DNA from: Minisyncoccota bacterium
Lineage (GTDB): Bacteria > Patescibacteriota > Minisyncoccia > Phycocordibacterales > UBA9973
DNA: 64,000 nucleotides
Assembly: GCA_041664465.1 (NCBI GenBank)
Contig: JBAYKP010000004.1
Span: 6,876 to 70,875, forward strand
Direction: 5' to 3'
The position numbers were made by a program, and so were the translations under genes. The notes below the pieces were generated by a model that worked only from the letters and a program-made list of their open reading frames with translations, was not told the DNA's origin and did no database searches. Of the stretch, positions 46,214 through 55,454 are shown in pieces. How positions within the stretch are numbered: the stretch's first letter is position 1; every line of letters starts with the position of its first letter.

Positions 46214-47248
46214 ATGAATATACAAGAATACGTAGATATAAAAGATTATACAACTCTCCGAGTAGGAGGGCAGTTTCGGTATTTTGTTGTTATAGAAAAA
46301 GTAGAAGATTTAGAAAAAGTTTTTTCTTTCGCTAAAGAGAATGATGTAAAAATTTTTATTTTAGGGGGAGGTTCAAACATAGTCTTTTCTGATGGAGTTC
46401 TCGATGTCTTGGCTCTTAAAATAGAAATCAAAGGTTTTGAAATTGTTTCGCAGATAGAAAACTATGTAGATATAAAAGTTGGAGCTGGAGAGGTTTGGGA
46501 TCAAATTGTTTCTCGGACGGTGGGTATGGGTTTGTCAGGGCTTGAATCGTTATCTCTAATTCCTGGAACAGTCGGAGCTAGCCCCGTGCAGAATATAGGA
46601 GCATACGGAGCTGAAGTGAAAGACACTATACTTGAAGTAGAAGTCTATGAAATGAAAACAGGGAAAATATTTAATATTTCAAACCAAGATTGTAAATTTG
46701 GATACAGGGATAGTATTTTCAAAAATGAGATGAGAGGTAAATATGTGATAGTTGGGGTGACATATAGGCTTGATAAAGTGGCTTCATCTAATTTACTTTC
46801 CAAGGCGCTTTCATATCCTGGAATAAAAAGATATTTTATAGAGAATAATATTAATAATCCGACTCTCAAACAGATTCGTGAGACTATTATAGACATCCGT
46901 AGAAGTAAATTACCAAATCCAAAAGAGAAGCCTAATTTAGGTTCATTTTTCAAGAATCCAATAGTATTAAATGAGATAGCCAATAATATAAAGAGGCAAT
47001 ACTCAAATGCCAAATTTTATCCTGTTGATAATAACTATACGAAAATCCCTGCCGGCTGGCTTATAGAAAATGCAGGATTGAAAGGGGAATCCTTCGGTAG
47101 TGTGTCTGTCTATGAAGAGAATGCTCTTGTATTGGTGAATAATGGTAATGCCACCTGCGAGGATATCATTAAAGCCAGAAATGAAATAATAAAAGTTGTA
47201 AAAGAAAAATTTGGAATTGTTCTTGAGCAAGAACCAGAGATAATGTAA
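46214..47248 (+). CDS. murB: UDP-N-acetylenolpyruvoylglucosamine reductase
   Basis: LGGGSN, IPGTVGASPVQNIGAYG, FGYRDSIFK, GSFFKNP, LEQEP. Confidence 0.96.
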   Translation: MNIQEYVDIKDYTTLRVGGQFRYFVVIEKVEDLEKVFSFAKENDVKIFILGGGSNIVFSDGVLDVLALKIEIKGFEIVSQIENYVDIKVGAGEVWDQIVSRTVGMGLSGLESLSLIPGTVGASPVQNIGAYGAEVKDTILEVEVYEMKTGKIFNISNQDCKFGYRDSIFKNEMRGKYVIVGVTYRLDKVASSNLLSKALSYPGIKRYFIENNINNPTLKQIRETIIDIRRSKLPNPKEKPNLGSFFKNPIVLNEIANNIKRQYSNAKFYPVDNNYTKIPAGWLIENAGLKGESFGSVSVYEENALVLVNNGNATCEDIIKARNEIIKVVKEKFGIVLEQEPEIM

Positions 47249-47282
47249 TTAAGAATTAATAATTACGAATTAAACTAAAAAA

Positions 47283-47346
47283 TTACAATTAAGAAACGGC
47301 CGTTTCTTAATTGTAAAACGACTAAATTTACAAATTTAGTCGTTTT
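47283..47346. repeat. two tandem palindromes between murB and tRNA-Leu (possible bidirectional terminator)
   Basis: 34-bp perfect TTACAATTAAGAAACGG|CCGTTTCTTAATTGTAA, then AAAACGACTAAATTT-AC-AAATTTAGTCGTTTT. Confidence 0.85.
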
Positions 47347-47352
47347 AGTTTG

Positions 47353-47434
47353 TGCCGGAGGGGAGACTTGAACTCCCAAGTCTTGCGACACGCGATTTTG
47401 AGTCGCGCATGGTTACCAATTTCATCACTCCGGC
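47353..47434 (-). tRNA. tRNA-Leu(CAA)
   Basis: GCCGGAG/CTCCGGC+A, CGCGA-CT-CAA-AA-TCGCG, long variable arm GTC-GCAA-GAC, GTTCAAGTC. Confidence 0.95.
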
Positions 47435-47508
47435 AATGCTTGTATTCTAACAGAAAAGCCAGAAAAATCAATTTTGAAATTATTCTATATATGGCGTATA
47501 GTAGATGT

Positions 47509-48669
47509 ATGATTCAGAAACAAAATGATTCCCTTTCATACATAGAAATTTCGAAGGAAAATTTGATACACAATATCAAGCAATTTCGAGGTTTGCTGAA
47601 AAATAAAGAAAATTTAGGAGGCAAGACCAAGATTGCTGTGGTGGTGAAGTCCAATGCTTATGGGCATGGGGATATGGAAGTGGCGAAGATTACGAGTCCT
47701 TATGTGGATTACTTTCAAGTAGATAGTATAGAAGAGGGAGAGAGAGTGAGGGAAGTTACAAAAAAGCCAATTTTAATATTTGGTTACACAAACGATGATG
47801 GAATAAAGAGGGCTATAAAAATAAATGCGATTTTAGCTTGCTTTGATTTCGTACATTTACTTAAGATTAATCACATGGGAGGGGTTTTGAAGAAAAAAGT
47901 AAAAGTCCATCTAGCCATAGATTCTTATCTTGGCCGCGAGGGGATAATGCCTTCGCAAGTAGAGAATATAATTAAAGAAATAAAAAATTTAAAGAATATA
48001 ATTCTAGATGGTGTGTATTCGCATTTTGCAAACATTGAAGATACGATGAATTCCACACATGCAAACAGACAGATAGATACTTACCACAAATGCGTGGAAA
48101 TATTTAGGGAAAATGGCTATGAAAAAATAAATACCCACATCTCTGCTACTTCCGGAATTCTCGTATATGAGAAAGGAGAAAATCTGCACAGTATAGTCCG
48201 TCTTGGTATAGGACTTTATGGCTTGTGGCCAAGTGAGCATCTAGAATATTTGAATAAAAAGAAAATAAATTTGAAGCCAGTCATCAGGTGGGTAACGCAT
48301 GTCGCTCAAGTGAAAGTAATACCTGCCAACTATCCTATTGGTTATGGTCTTACTTATATTACAAAGAAAGCTACCAAGATAGCCGTAATACCCCAAGGTT
48401 ATGCCGATGGGCTTACTCGTCTGATGTCAAACAATGGAGAATTTTTAATCAGAGGTAAGAAGGCCAAGATACTTGGTAGAGTTGCAATGAATATGACAGT
48501 AGTAGATGTCTCAAATATTAAAGATGTAATACCAGAGGAAGAAGTGGTGATAATAGGTACTCAGAATAAGAGAGAGATTACAGTGGAAGATGTAGCTAAA
48601 AGAATGGATACTATAAACTATGAAGTAATTACTAAAATAAGTGCATTATTGCCAAGGGTTATTGTATAG
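47509..48669 (+). CDS. alr: alanine racemase
   Basis: AVVVKSNAYGHG, YSHF, VRLGIGLYG, IGYG, GYADG, GRVAM. Start moved downstream of tRNA-Leu. Confidence 0.96.
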   Translation: MIQKQNDSLSYIEISKENLIHNIKQFRGLLKNKENLGGKTKIAVVVKSNAYGHGDMEVAKITSPYVDYFQVDSIEEGERVREVTKKPILIFGYTNDDGIKRAIKINAILACFDFVHLLKINHMGGVLKKKVKVHLAIDSYLGREGIMPSQVENIIKEIKNLKNIILDGVYSHFANIEDTMNSTHANRQIDTYHKCVEIFRENGYEKINTHISATSGILVYEKGENLHSIVRLGIGLYGLWPSEHLEYLNKKKINLKPVIRWVTHVAQVKVIPANYPIGYGLTYITKKATKIAVIPQGYADGLTRLMSNNGEFLIRGKKAKILGRVAMNMTVVDVSNIKDVIPEEEVVIIGTQNKREITVEDVAKRMDTINYEVITKISALLPRVIV

Positions 48670-48793
48670 TTTGTTTTCGAGAAAAGTAGTATAATTTAAT
48701 TATAAGAAAGAGATGTAAGATTTCGTCTTGTGTTTCGTCTTAGTATTTAGAGGTCAAAATTATTAATTAATTAATTTATTAAGATATTATAGT

Positions 48794-49516
48794 ATGAAAA
48801 AATATAAAAAAAGTGAATTGTTTGCAGTTTCTTTAATTTTAGGGATGGCTTTTTATTTACCTGTTAGTCTTGTTAAAGCAGAAACTGTAAAAGAAAGTAA
48901 TAATAACGTTCAAATTAATTCTAATGGTGAAGAAGATAATAATTTAGAAGATGTAAAGAGTAAAGATAACAACAGTGAGGATAATCAAGGAGATAATGAA
49001 GATAATCAAAAAGAAATTAAAAATCAGCAAGGAGACAACGAAGCAGATAATCAAAAAGATCAGAATGATGATCAAGATGAAGATAATCAATTTGATGGAC
49101 AAGAACACTTGGGGGTTATGGCTGACTCAGTCTCTAATCTTTTAGAGGTGGCAGATAAAGAAGATGGCGAAGTTAGTGATAAAATTAAAGAAATAGCCAA
49201 AGAACAAGATCTTAATAAGGATGAAGTTTCTAAGGAGATAGATCAAATTCACAATAGAAGTAAATTTAAAATATTTTTAATTGGTACAGATTATGAAAAT
49301 ATTGGTCAATTAAGAAGTGAAATGGTGAAAATTAGTGATCAGATTGACCAACTTAATGGATTGTTAGATCAAACAAAAAAAGCAGAGAATAAAACAGTTA
49401 TCCAAGAGCAAGTTAAAGTTCTAGAACAAGAACAGCAAAAGATTGGGGATTTGCTTGTCAGTAATGAGAGTAAGTTTAGTCTATTCGGCTGGTTTATGAA
49501 AATGTTTAGTAAGTAA
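48794..49516 (+). CDS. secreted acidic coiled-coil hypothetical protein
   Basis: Signal peptide, D/N/Q/E-rich tract, C-terminal FSLFGWF. Confidence 0.7.
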   Translation: MKKYKKSELFAVSLILGMAFYLPVSLVKAETVKESNNNVQINSNGEEDNNLEDVKSKDNNSEDNQGDNEDNQKEIKNQQGDNEADNQKDQNDDQDEDNQFDGQEHLGVMADSVSNLLEVADKEDGEVSDKIKEIAKEQDLNKDEVSKEIDQIHNRSKFKIFLIGTDYENIGQLRSEMVKISDQIDQLNGLLDQTKKAENKTVIQEQVKVLEQEQQKIGDLLVSNESKFSLFGWFMKMFSK

Positions 49517-49583
49517 TTTAATCGATATTTACAATACATAAACTAAGTTGCATTTTTAAGAGTTTTGTAGTATTATACGCATT

Positions 49584-49742
49584 ATGTCACAAGATAGACT
49601 TTTCAAATTAGGCTGTACTAAATGCAAGCGCATTAACTACTGGTCAAGCAAAAACAAGAAACTCGTCACTAAAAAGATCGAGCTTAAGAAGTATTGCAAA
49701 TGGTGCAAAATTAATACTAAACACAAAGAAATGAAAAAATAA
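49584..49742 (+). CDS. rpmG: 50S ribosomal protein L33 (Zn-ribbon type); absent from the ORF track
   Basis: MSQDRLFKLGCTKCKRINYWSSKNKKLVTKKIELKKYCKWCKINTKHKEMKK. Confidence 0.95.
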   Translation: MSQDRLFKLGCTKCKRINYWSSKNKKLVTKKIELKKYCKWCKINTKHKEMKK

Positions 49743-49767
49743 AACCCTGCAAAGGGTTTTATTTTTT
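49737..49767. terminator. intrinsic terminator after rpmG, probably bidirectional
   Basis: AAATAAAACCCT-GCAA-AGGGTTTTATTT followed by Ts. Confidence 0.75.
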
Positions 49768-49775
49768 AATGTATA

Positions 49776-49920
49776 TGTGGGCGATGGAGGGGAACCGCGA
49801 GTACGCTTTCGGTCACAAGTATTTTTCTGCTGAAAAATCTCGCGACCCCGACTCGGCTCGTCAGCCTCCGTCTTCCGATTCCTCCATCTAAAAAATCTAT
49901 GATACTATCATAGATTTTTT
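49776..49920. other. structured element with direct and inverted copies of the tRNA-Trp 3' end
   Basis: TGTGGGCGATGGAGG (direct), TCCGATTCCTCCATC (inverted) and an AT-rich hairpin at 49890-49920. Confidence 0.75.
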
Positions 49921-49924
49921 CCTG

Positions 49925-49995
49925 CGGGCGATGGAGGAATCGGACCCCCGCCAAAGCGTTTGGAGTGCTTTGTACTACCATTATACTAATCGCCC
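49925..49995 (-). tRNA. tRNA-Trp(CCA)
   Basis: GGGCGAT/ATCGCCC+G, AAGCA-CT-CCA-AA-CGCTT; T-loop reads TCCGATT. Confidence 0.92.
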
Positions 49996-50021
49996 TTGTG
50001 GATTTGAGTATACTATAAATC

Positions 50022-51020
50022 TTATTTATTTTCCAGTCTTTTCTTTGCATTCAAAAACTTCTTTATTTCTCTCAGAGCCTTAGTTTTTTCTGTATTTTTT
50101 CTTGGGTCTATCCAAAGAGTATTGGGGTCGCGTTTGAACCAAGTCTTTTGACGTTTAGCAAAATGCCAAATTTCTGTATAGAGTTTTTCTATCATTTCAT
50201 TCTTCGCCTGCCGTAGCCTTAGCGAAGGCAGGTTTTTTATCTTTTGCAGATATAGTGCTACATATCTGTATTCTAATCCCAAAGCATTTAGTCTTTTCCA
50301 AGATACTCCACTTTTATGCAAATTTTCCACCTCTTTTATCATTCCTTTTTTCATACGGGCGAGTAGGCGAGTCTTGATTCTTTCTTTAAGAATTTCCGGT
50401 GGTAGAGTCAACCCAATTTTTAAAACTTCAAACTTATTACTGGATACAAACTCTGCCATGGCAGAGTTTGTATCCTTTGGTCCTAAGCGTGGCTTATGAC
50501 CGAGAGGGGGAACTTTACCTATTGCGGTAGCTATCTCGATAGCACGGATTAATCGCACAGGATTATTGGTATCAATATTTTTGACTCGGTTTTTATCTAA
50601 TTTTATTAAAATTTTAAGAAGTTCTCCCGCAGACTTTTTAGAAAGTTCTTCTCTGAGCTTTTTATTTGGGGGAACATTTGGGAATACAGTTCCATTTACT
50701 ATTGCATCTATGTAGAAACCTGTACCTCCACAGATTATTGGTACTTTGCCCCTACTAATAATTTCTTCTATTTTTTTAAACGCCATTTTTTGAAATTCAT
50801 TTACAGTAAAAACTTTAGATGGAGAATATATATCAAGTAAATGATGTGGAATCCCTCTCATTTCTTTCTTTGTAATTTTCCCTGTACCCAAATTCATTCC
50901 TTTATATACCTGTCTAGAATCAGCAGAAATTATCTCGCCGTTTATTTTCTTAGCAATTTCTACGGCAAGGTCACTCTTCCCAGTGGAAGTTTGACCTAAT
51001 ACAACAATGATCTTATCCAT
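50022..51020 (-). CDS. miaA: tRNA dimethylallyltransferase, with three palindrome-encoded inserts
   Basis: GQTSTGKS, ISADSRQVY, PHHLLD, CGGTGFY, AKRQKTWF. Confidence 0.97.
   Translation of the reverse strand: MDKIIVVLGQTSTGKSDLAVEIAKKINGEIISADSRQVYKGMNLGTGKITKKEMRGIPHHLLDIYSPSKVFTVNEFQKMAFKKIEEIISRGKVPIICGGTGFYIDAIVNGTVFPNVPPNKKLREELSKKSAGELLKILIKLDKNRVKNIDTNNPVRLIRAIEIATAIGKVPPLGHKPRLGPKDTNSAMAEFVSSNKFEVLKIGLTLPPEILKERIKTRLLARMKKGMIKEVENLHKSGVSWKRLNALGLEYRYVALYLQKIKNLPSLRLRQAKNEMIEKLYTEIWHFAKRQKTWFKRDPNTLWIDPRKNTEKTKALREIKKFLNAKKRLENK
50203..50232 (-). repeat. palindromic insert (GCTAAGGCTACGG family) in miaA
   Basis: CCTGCCTTCGCTAAGGCTACGGCAGGCGAA on the coding strand; encodes LPSLRLRQA. 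Confidence 0.8.
50442..50501. repeat. 34-bp perfect palindrome plus adjacent 23-bp hairpin in miaA
   Basis: GGATACAAACTCTGCCA|TGGCAGAGTTTGTATCC and GGTCCTAAGC-GTG-GCTTATGACC. Confidence 0.9.
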
Positions 51021-51052
51021 ATTTCGCATATTAGCACATTTTATGATAATAT

Positions 51053-51364
51053 ATGAGAATTATGGGATTCAAATCATATATAACAAAAAAGGTCCTTCAA
51101 ATGAAGGGCATGTCTGCTGAACAGGCAGAGAAGATGGCGAAACAGCTTGAAGATAATCCAGAGATCACCAATAGTCTAAAAGCTTTAGAGAGCAACAAAG
51201 AAGTCAAAGAACTCTTTGAGAAAATTACAAAAGAAATAGAAGAGAAGAAGAAAGCCGGCACTGCCGAGCAGTATGCGGCTATCCTCGTGATGAATAAATA
51301 CAAAGCAGAAATTATGAAGCATCGCGAAGCCCTCGCTCCACTTATGAGTCTGATGCAAAAGTAA
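51053..51364 (+). CDS. hypothetical helical protein
   Basis: 103-aa ORF divergent from miaA. Confidence 0.65.
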   Translation: MRIMGFKSYITKKVLQMKGMSAEQAEKMAKQLEDNPEITNSLKALESNKEVKELFEKITKEIEEKKKAGTAEQYAAILVMNKYKAEIMKHREALAPLMSLMQK

Positions 51365-51390
51365 TTTTATTTTTGATATTTTTTCTAAGT

Positions 51391-52611
51391 TTAAATCGCT
51401 TCTGCTAGATCTACATCACTATGATCTATCGGTTTCTTGTTCTTGTAAGTTTTGTAAATAAATATGAAAGTAATTATTAGGATTATAAAGGCACATACGA
51501 ATGGTAGTGGAGCAGATATGGCATAGACAGCTCCTCCTAGGAGAGGTCCCAAAATCATAGACAGAGACATTAGAGAAGAGAGAATGCCCATCATTTCTCC
51601 TTGCTCCTTTTTGTCTGAGAATCCAATTATTTGGCTGTTCATTACGACTCGTAAAGTAGAATTACAAAATGCAGTGATTATCAATCCGAACAAGAAAGCA
51701 AATTTGAAAGGCATAGCCATTATCAAGTATCCAATAGCGAAAGGAACGAGCATCCAGACCATCAAGAATGATTCTTTAAAATATTTGAGCCAGACTTTAC
51801 GAATCATAAAAGCTTGATTGAGAGAAATTATCACTCCTACTAAAGTCATAATTAAGCCGGAAGCTATAACTGTCCAGGAGAATACGCGTGTGATGTATAA
51901 AGCAAAAATTGACTGATTGAGAGAAGTAGCAATACCAAAGAAAAGCCACGCTAGATATAGAGGCAGAATATTTTTATTCTTGAAAGCTTTGATGATAGGA
52001 TTAAATGGATTGAGAGAAATTTTGCCAGTGTTTCTATTGTGGTTTGTCTCTGGCAAGAAGAAATAAGCAAGGATCGTATTTAAAGTTGCCATTATGCCGA
52101 CAACAATGAAAGGCAACTTCATACTAACGCTTGAGAGGACTCCACCGACAAGTGGACCAATAATAAAACTTATACCGAAGACGGCACCGATTAGTCCGAA
52201 ATTTTTAGTTCTATCTTTCTGGTCTTTAGAAATATCTACGAGATAATTCTGAGCAGTAGAAATATTCCCAGCCGCCGAGCCGTCGATTATTCGCCCTAAG
52301 AAAAGCCCAAAAATAGTTTTTGAAAAAGCAAAGATAAGCCAGCCGACGGCACTAGAAGCTAGACTCACTAGCAAGACGGGACGTCGGCCCTTTCTGTCTG
52401 AAATCATCCCAAGTATCGGGGCACTGAAAAATGCAAAAAGAGAAAATACCGCGAAAAGTAAAGTGACGACAATATCTGGGACATTGAATGATTCTACATA
52501 GTAGGGAAGGATAGGAATAATAAGTCCAATACCTAAGACGTCCAGAAAGACAGTAGACAGTATGATTATTTTCGGTGAAATATTAAATTTGTTTTGGAAC
52601 TTTTTTATCAT
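51391..52611 (-). CDS. MFS drug:H+ antiporter (TetA/DHA1-like)
   Basis: LDVLGIGLIIPILP, motif A GMISDRKGRRP, motif C GISFIIGPLVGG. Confidence 0.9.
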   Translation of the reverse strand: MIKKFQNKFNISPKIIILSTVFLDVLGIGLIIPILPYYVESFNVPDIVVTLLFAVFSLFAFFSAPILGMISDRKGRRPVLLVSLASSAVGWLIFAFSKTIFGLFLGRIIDGSAAGNISTAQNYLVDISKDQKDRTKNFGLIGAVFGISFIIGPLVGGVLSSVSMKLPFIVVGIMATLNTILAYFFLPETNHNRNTGKISLNPFNPIIKAFKNKNILPLYLAWLFFGIATSLNQSIFALYITRVFSWTVIASGLIMTLVGVIISLNQAFMIRKVWLKYFKESFLMVWMLVPFAIGYLIMAMPFKFAFLFGLIITAFCNSTLRVVMNSQIIGFSDKKEQGEMMGILSSLMSLSMILGPLLGGAVYAISAPLPFVCAFIILIITFIFIYKTYKNKKPIDHSDVDLAEAI

Positions 52612-52687
52612 TTATCCAGTTTATCATATTTATCTTATTCTCTATAATTCTTTATTTTTAACTCAAAATTTGGTAGAGTCTATATAT

Positions 52688-53800
52688 ATGTCATTATCAA
52701 TCGGAATCGTCGGCTTGCCAAACGTCGGGAAATCAACCTTATTCAACGCTCTTACGAAGAAGGGTGTGCCTTGCGAGAATTATCCATTTTGTACCATAGA
52801 CCCATCTGTCGGTGTTGTGGCTGTGCCTGATGATCGTATTTGGAAGCTTAGAGAATTTTCTAAATCAGCGAAGACGATACCCGCAGTTATAGAATTCGTA
52901 GATATCGCAGGGCTGGTCAAAGGCGCATCAGAAGGTGAAGGACTTGGCAATAAATTCTTGGCAAATATTCGTGAGGTGGATGCCATACTTGAAATGGTAA
53001 GAATTTTCCCATTGAAGAGTGACAGTGGCAATGAGATACTCCACGTGATGGGAGACATAGATCCACTGCGAGATATTGAAATAATAAATCTAGAGCTTAT
53101 ATTGGCTGACTTGGAGACTGTAATAAAAAGGAAAAATAATATTGTCAAAGAAGTAAGAAAAGGAGACAAAGAATTTGTTTTAGAAGATGAAGCTCTTGCG
53201 AAATTGATTCCAGTTCTTGAAGCAGACCATCTTGCGAACACGGTAGACTTTAATGAAAAAGAATTAGAGAAAGTTAAACAGTTGGGGCTATTGTCTATGA
53301 AGCCATTTATATATGGACTTAATAAAAGAGCCGGGTCAGAGAATCTTGATACAGCCAATCCTGAAATTTTCAAAGAGCTGACAGATTATATAGAAAGTAT
53401 GGGTTCAAGGTTCGTGGTGATAGATGCAAAAGTTGAAGATGAGCTTAAAGATTTTGAAGGTGAAGAAAAAGAGATGTTTAGAAAGGAATTAGGAGGAGAA
53501 GATGATGGAATAAACAGTTTAATAACAGAAGGGTATAAACTCCTAGGTCTTGATACTTACTTTACAACAGGAGAGGATGAAACAAGAGCTTGGACTATTA
53601 AGAAAGGTAGTACGGCCCCTGTGGCCGGTATGGCTATTCACACTGACTTTAAAGATAAATTCATCCGTGCCGAAGTCGTCTTTTGGAAAGACTTACTTGA
53701 GGCTGGTAGCTATGCCGAAGCCCGTGCCAAAGGAAAAGTCCGCACCGAAGGCAAGGATTATATAGTGAAGAATGGGGATGTCATAGAATTCAAAATTTAA
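52688..53800 (+). CDS. ychF: ribosome-binding ATPase YchF
   Basis: GIVGLPNVGKSTLFNALT, NYPFCTIDP, DIAGLVKGASEGEGLGNKFL, EGKDYIV. Confidence 0.98.
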   Translation: MSLSIGIVGLPNVGKSTLFNALTKKGVPCENYPFCTIDPSVGVVAVPDDRIWKLREFSKSAKTIPAVIEFVDIAGLVKGASEGEGLGNKFLANIREVDAILEMVRIFPLKSDSGNEILHVMGDIDPLRDIEIINLELILADLETVIKRKNNIVKEVRKGDKEFVLEDEALAKLIPVLEADHLANTVDFNEKELEKVKQLGLLSMKPFIYGLNKRAGSENLDTANPEIFKELTDYIESMGSRFVVIDAKVEDELKDFEGEEKEMFRKELGGEDDGINSLITEGYKLLGLDTYFTTGEDETRAWTIKKGSTAPVAGMAIHTDFKDKFIRAEVVFWKDLLEAGSYAEARAKGKVRTEGKDYIVKNGDVIEFKI

Positions 53801-53804
53801 ATAT

Positions 53805-54914
53805 ATGTTTAAACGAATTTACTTTTTCTTTTTTACTTATATGGCAGCAATGTTTTTCTCTCAAACATTGATTGTCTTTTGGTTATCTAAAAATGGTTTT
53901 GATTTTTCTCATATTATAATTTTTTTCGTTACTTCTTACATAGTAGCTCTCATTGGTATTTTTGTTTTATCAAAAATAAAAATGAATTTGAAACCCACCA
54001 TTTTACTAGGGGTACTTTTGAGTGCATTAAGTGTTGCAGTTTTAATAAAAATATTTAGTGTGTATCAATTATATTTTTCTGCTATTCTTACAGGATTTAA
54101 TGTTATTTTCTTTTGGATCCCTTATAATATTATGCATTTTAAGTTTAGCAACGAAGACAAAAGAGGGCTCAATAGCGGGATTTATTTTTTAGCTACTCCT
54201 ATTATAAGTATGACCTTACAGCCCTTGGCTGGTCTAGTGGCAGAAAAATTTGGATTTGAAACTATGTTTTTCATTGGCATAGCTATGTATCTTATACCAA
54301 TCTTTTTAATTAGATTTTTACCAAGCTTTGAAATAAAATTAAATATTATAAAAGAATTTCGAGAAAACAAATTTAATTGGTCTACTTTTTTTCAAGGATT
54401 TGCTTCTAGGGTAAATTGGACGCTTATTCCAATATTTACTTTATTTTTTATTAAATCACCTAAGGCCTTCGGTAGTTTTTTTGGATATTTAGCAATTATT
54501 ACTGCTATAACTTCTTTATTTAATGCAGCAATATCCGACAAGATGAAAAATAGAAAAGTATTTTTCTATTTGTTTACTTCTATCGCTGTTTTAAGTTTAG
54601 TGCCGTTAGCTTTTGTAGAAAACATTTATTATTGGGCTATTTTTGCTGGCATCACTAGTATGTGTATGTATTTAGCTAATCCTTTTTGGCTTGCGTTTAA
54701 TCTGGATTATTATAAGGAGATAGGAGTAGAAAAAACAATAATTTTAAGAGAGGTCTTTCTAAATGCGGGATATATTGTAGCCTTATTGATAGCAATTTTA
54801 ATTTTCTGTATCACTTCCTCTACGAAGATAAGCTTATTGGTTGTCTCTTTGATAGCTTGTATTTTGCCATTGGCCTCTTATTTGCAAGGAGTTTATAAGA
54901 ATAAAAATATTTGA
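53805..54914 (+). CDS. MFS-like membrane transporter
   Basis: About 12 hydrophobic segments; LAGLVAEKFG, ISDKMKNRK. Confidence 0.7.
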   Translation: MFKRIYFFFFTYMAAMFFSQTLIVFWLSKNGFDFSHIIIFFVTSYIVALIGIFVLSKIKMNLKPTILLGVLLSALSVAVLIKIFSVYQLYFSAILTGFNVIFFWIPYNIMHFKFSNEDKRGLNSGIYFLATPIISMTLQPLAGLVAEKFGFETMFFIGIAMYLIPIFLIRFLPSFEIKLNIIKEFRENKFNWSTFFQGFASRVNWTLIPIFTLFFIKSPKAFGSFFGYLAIITAITSLFNAAISDKMKNRKVFFYLFTSIAVLSLVPLAFVENIYYWAIFAGITSMCMYLANPFWLAFNLDYYKEIGVEKTIILREVFLNAGYIVALLIAILIFCITSSTKISLLVVSLIACILPLASYLQGVYKNKNI

Positions 54915-54916
54915 TT

Positions 54917-55444
54917 ATGAAAAATAATTTACAAAAATATGCAAAAATTCTTAAAAATGGCGGAGTGGGGGTCATACCTACGGATACTTTGTATGGATTG
55001 GTGGGGAGTGCATTTTCTAAGAAAGCGATAAATAGGATTTATAAAATTAAAAAAAGAAATAAAAGCAAGAAATTAATAATTTTAATTTCTTCATTAAGCG
55101 ATTTAGAAAAATTTAAGATAAAAATTAGTGAAGAAGAGGCCAAAATTTTGGAAAAATTTTGGCCGGGGGAAGTCAGTATTATCCTGAATGATACAGCTTT
55201 TAGATTTCCAAAGAAAAAGTCTTTATTAGAAATTTTGAAATGTACAGGTCCACTTGTCGCCCCAAGTGTAAATAGAGAATGTGAAAAGCCAGCAGAAAAT
55301 ATCAAGCAAGCAAAAGGATATTTTGGGGATACTGTAGATTTTTATTTACCAGGCGGAATTTTAAAATCTGAGCCTTCTACTTTAATAAGAATAAAAAATG
55401 GCAATATTGAGGTATTGCGACAAGGAAAGGTTTTTTTGGTATAA
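54917..55444 (+). CDS. tsaC: L-threonylcarbamoyladenylate synthase (TsaC/YrdC)
   Basis: PTDTLYGL, IYKIKKR, FWPG, APSVN, PST, LRQG. Confidence 0.9.
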   Translation: MKNNLQKYAKILKNGGVGVIPTDTLYGLVGSAFSKKAINRIYKIKKRNKSKKLIILISSLSDLEKFKIKISEEEAKILEKFWPGEVSIILNDTAFRFPKKKSLLEILKCTGPLVAPSVNRECEKPAENIKQAKGYFGDTVDFYLPGGILKSEPSTLIRIKNGNIEVLRQGKVFLV

Positions 55445-55454
55445 TAAAGCCATT

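Noticed and set aside
47350-47508. N-terminal extension of the alr ORF in the track
   Set aside because: It overlaps tRNA-Leu on the opposite strand; Alr homology starts near Met 47509.
48714-48742. Possible ECF-sigma promoter (TGTAAG-N16-CGTC) upstream of the secreted acidic protein
   Set aside because: Single instance with no ECF sigma in the window to support it.
49766-50050. 94-aa minus-strand ORF
   Set aside because: It runs through tRNA-Trp and its repeat element; not protein-like.
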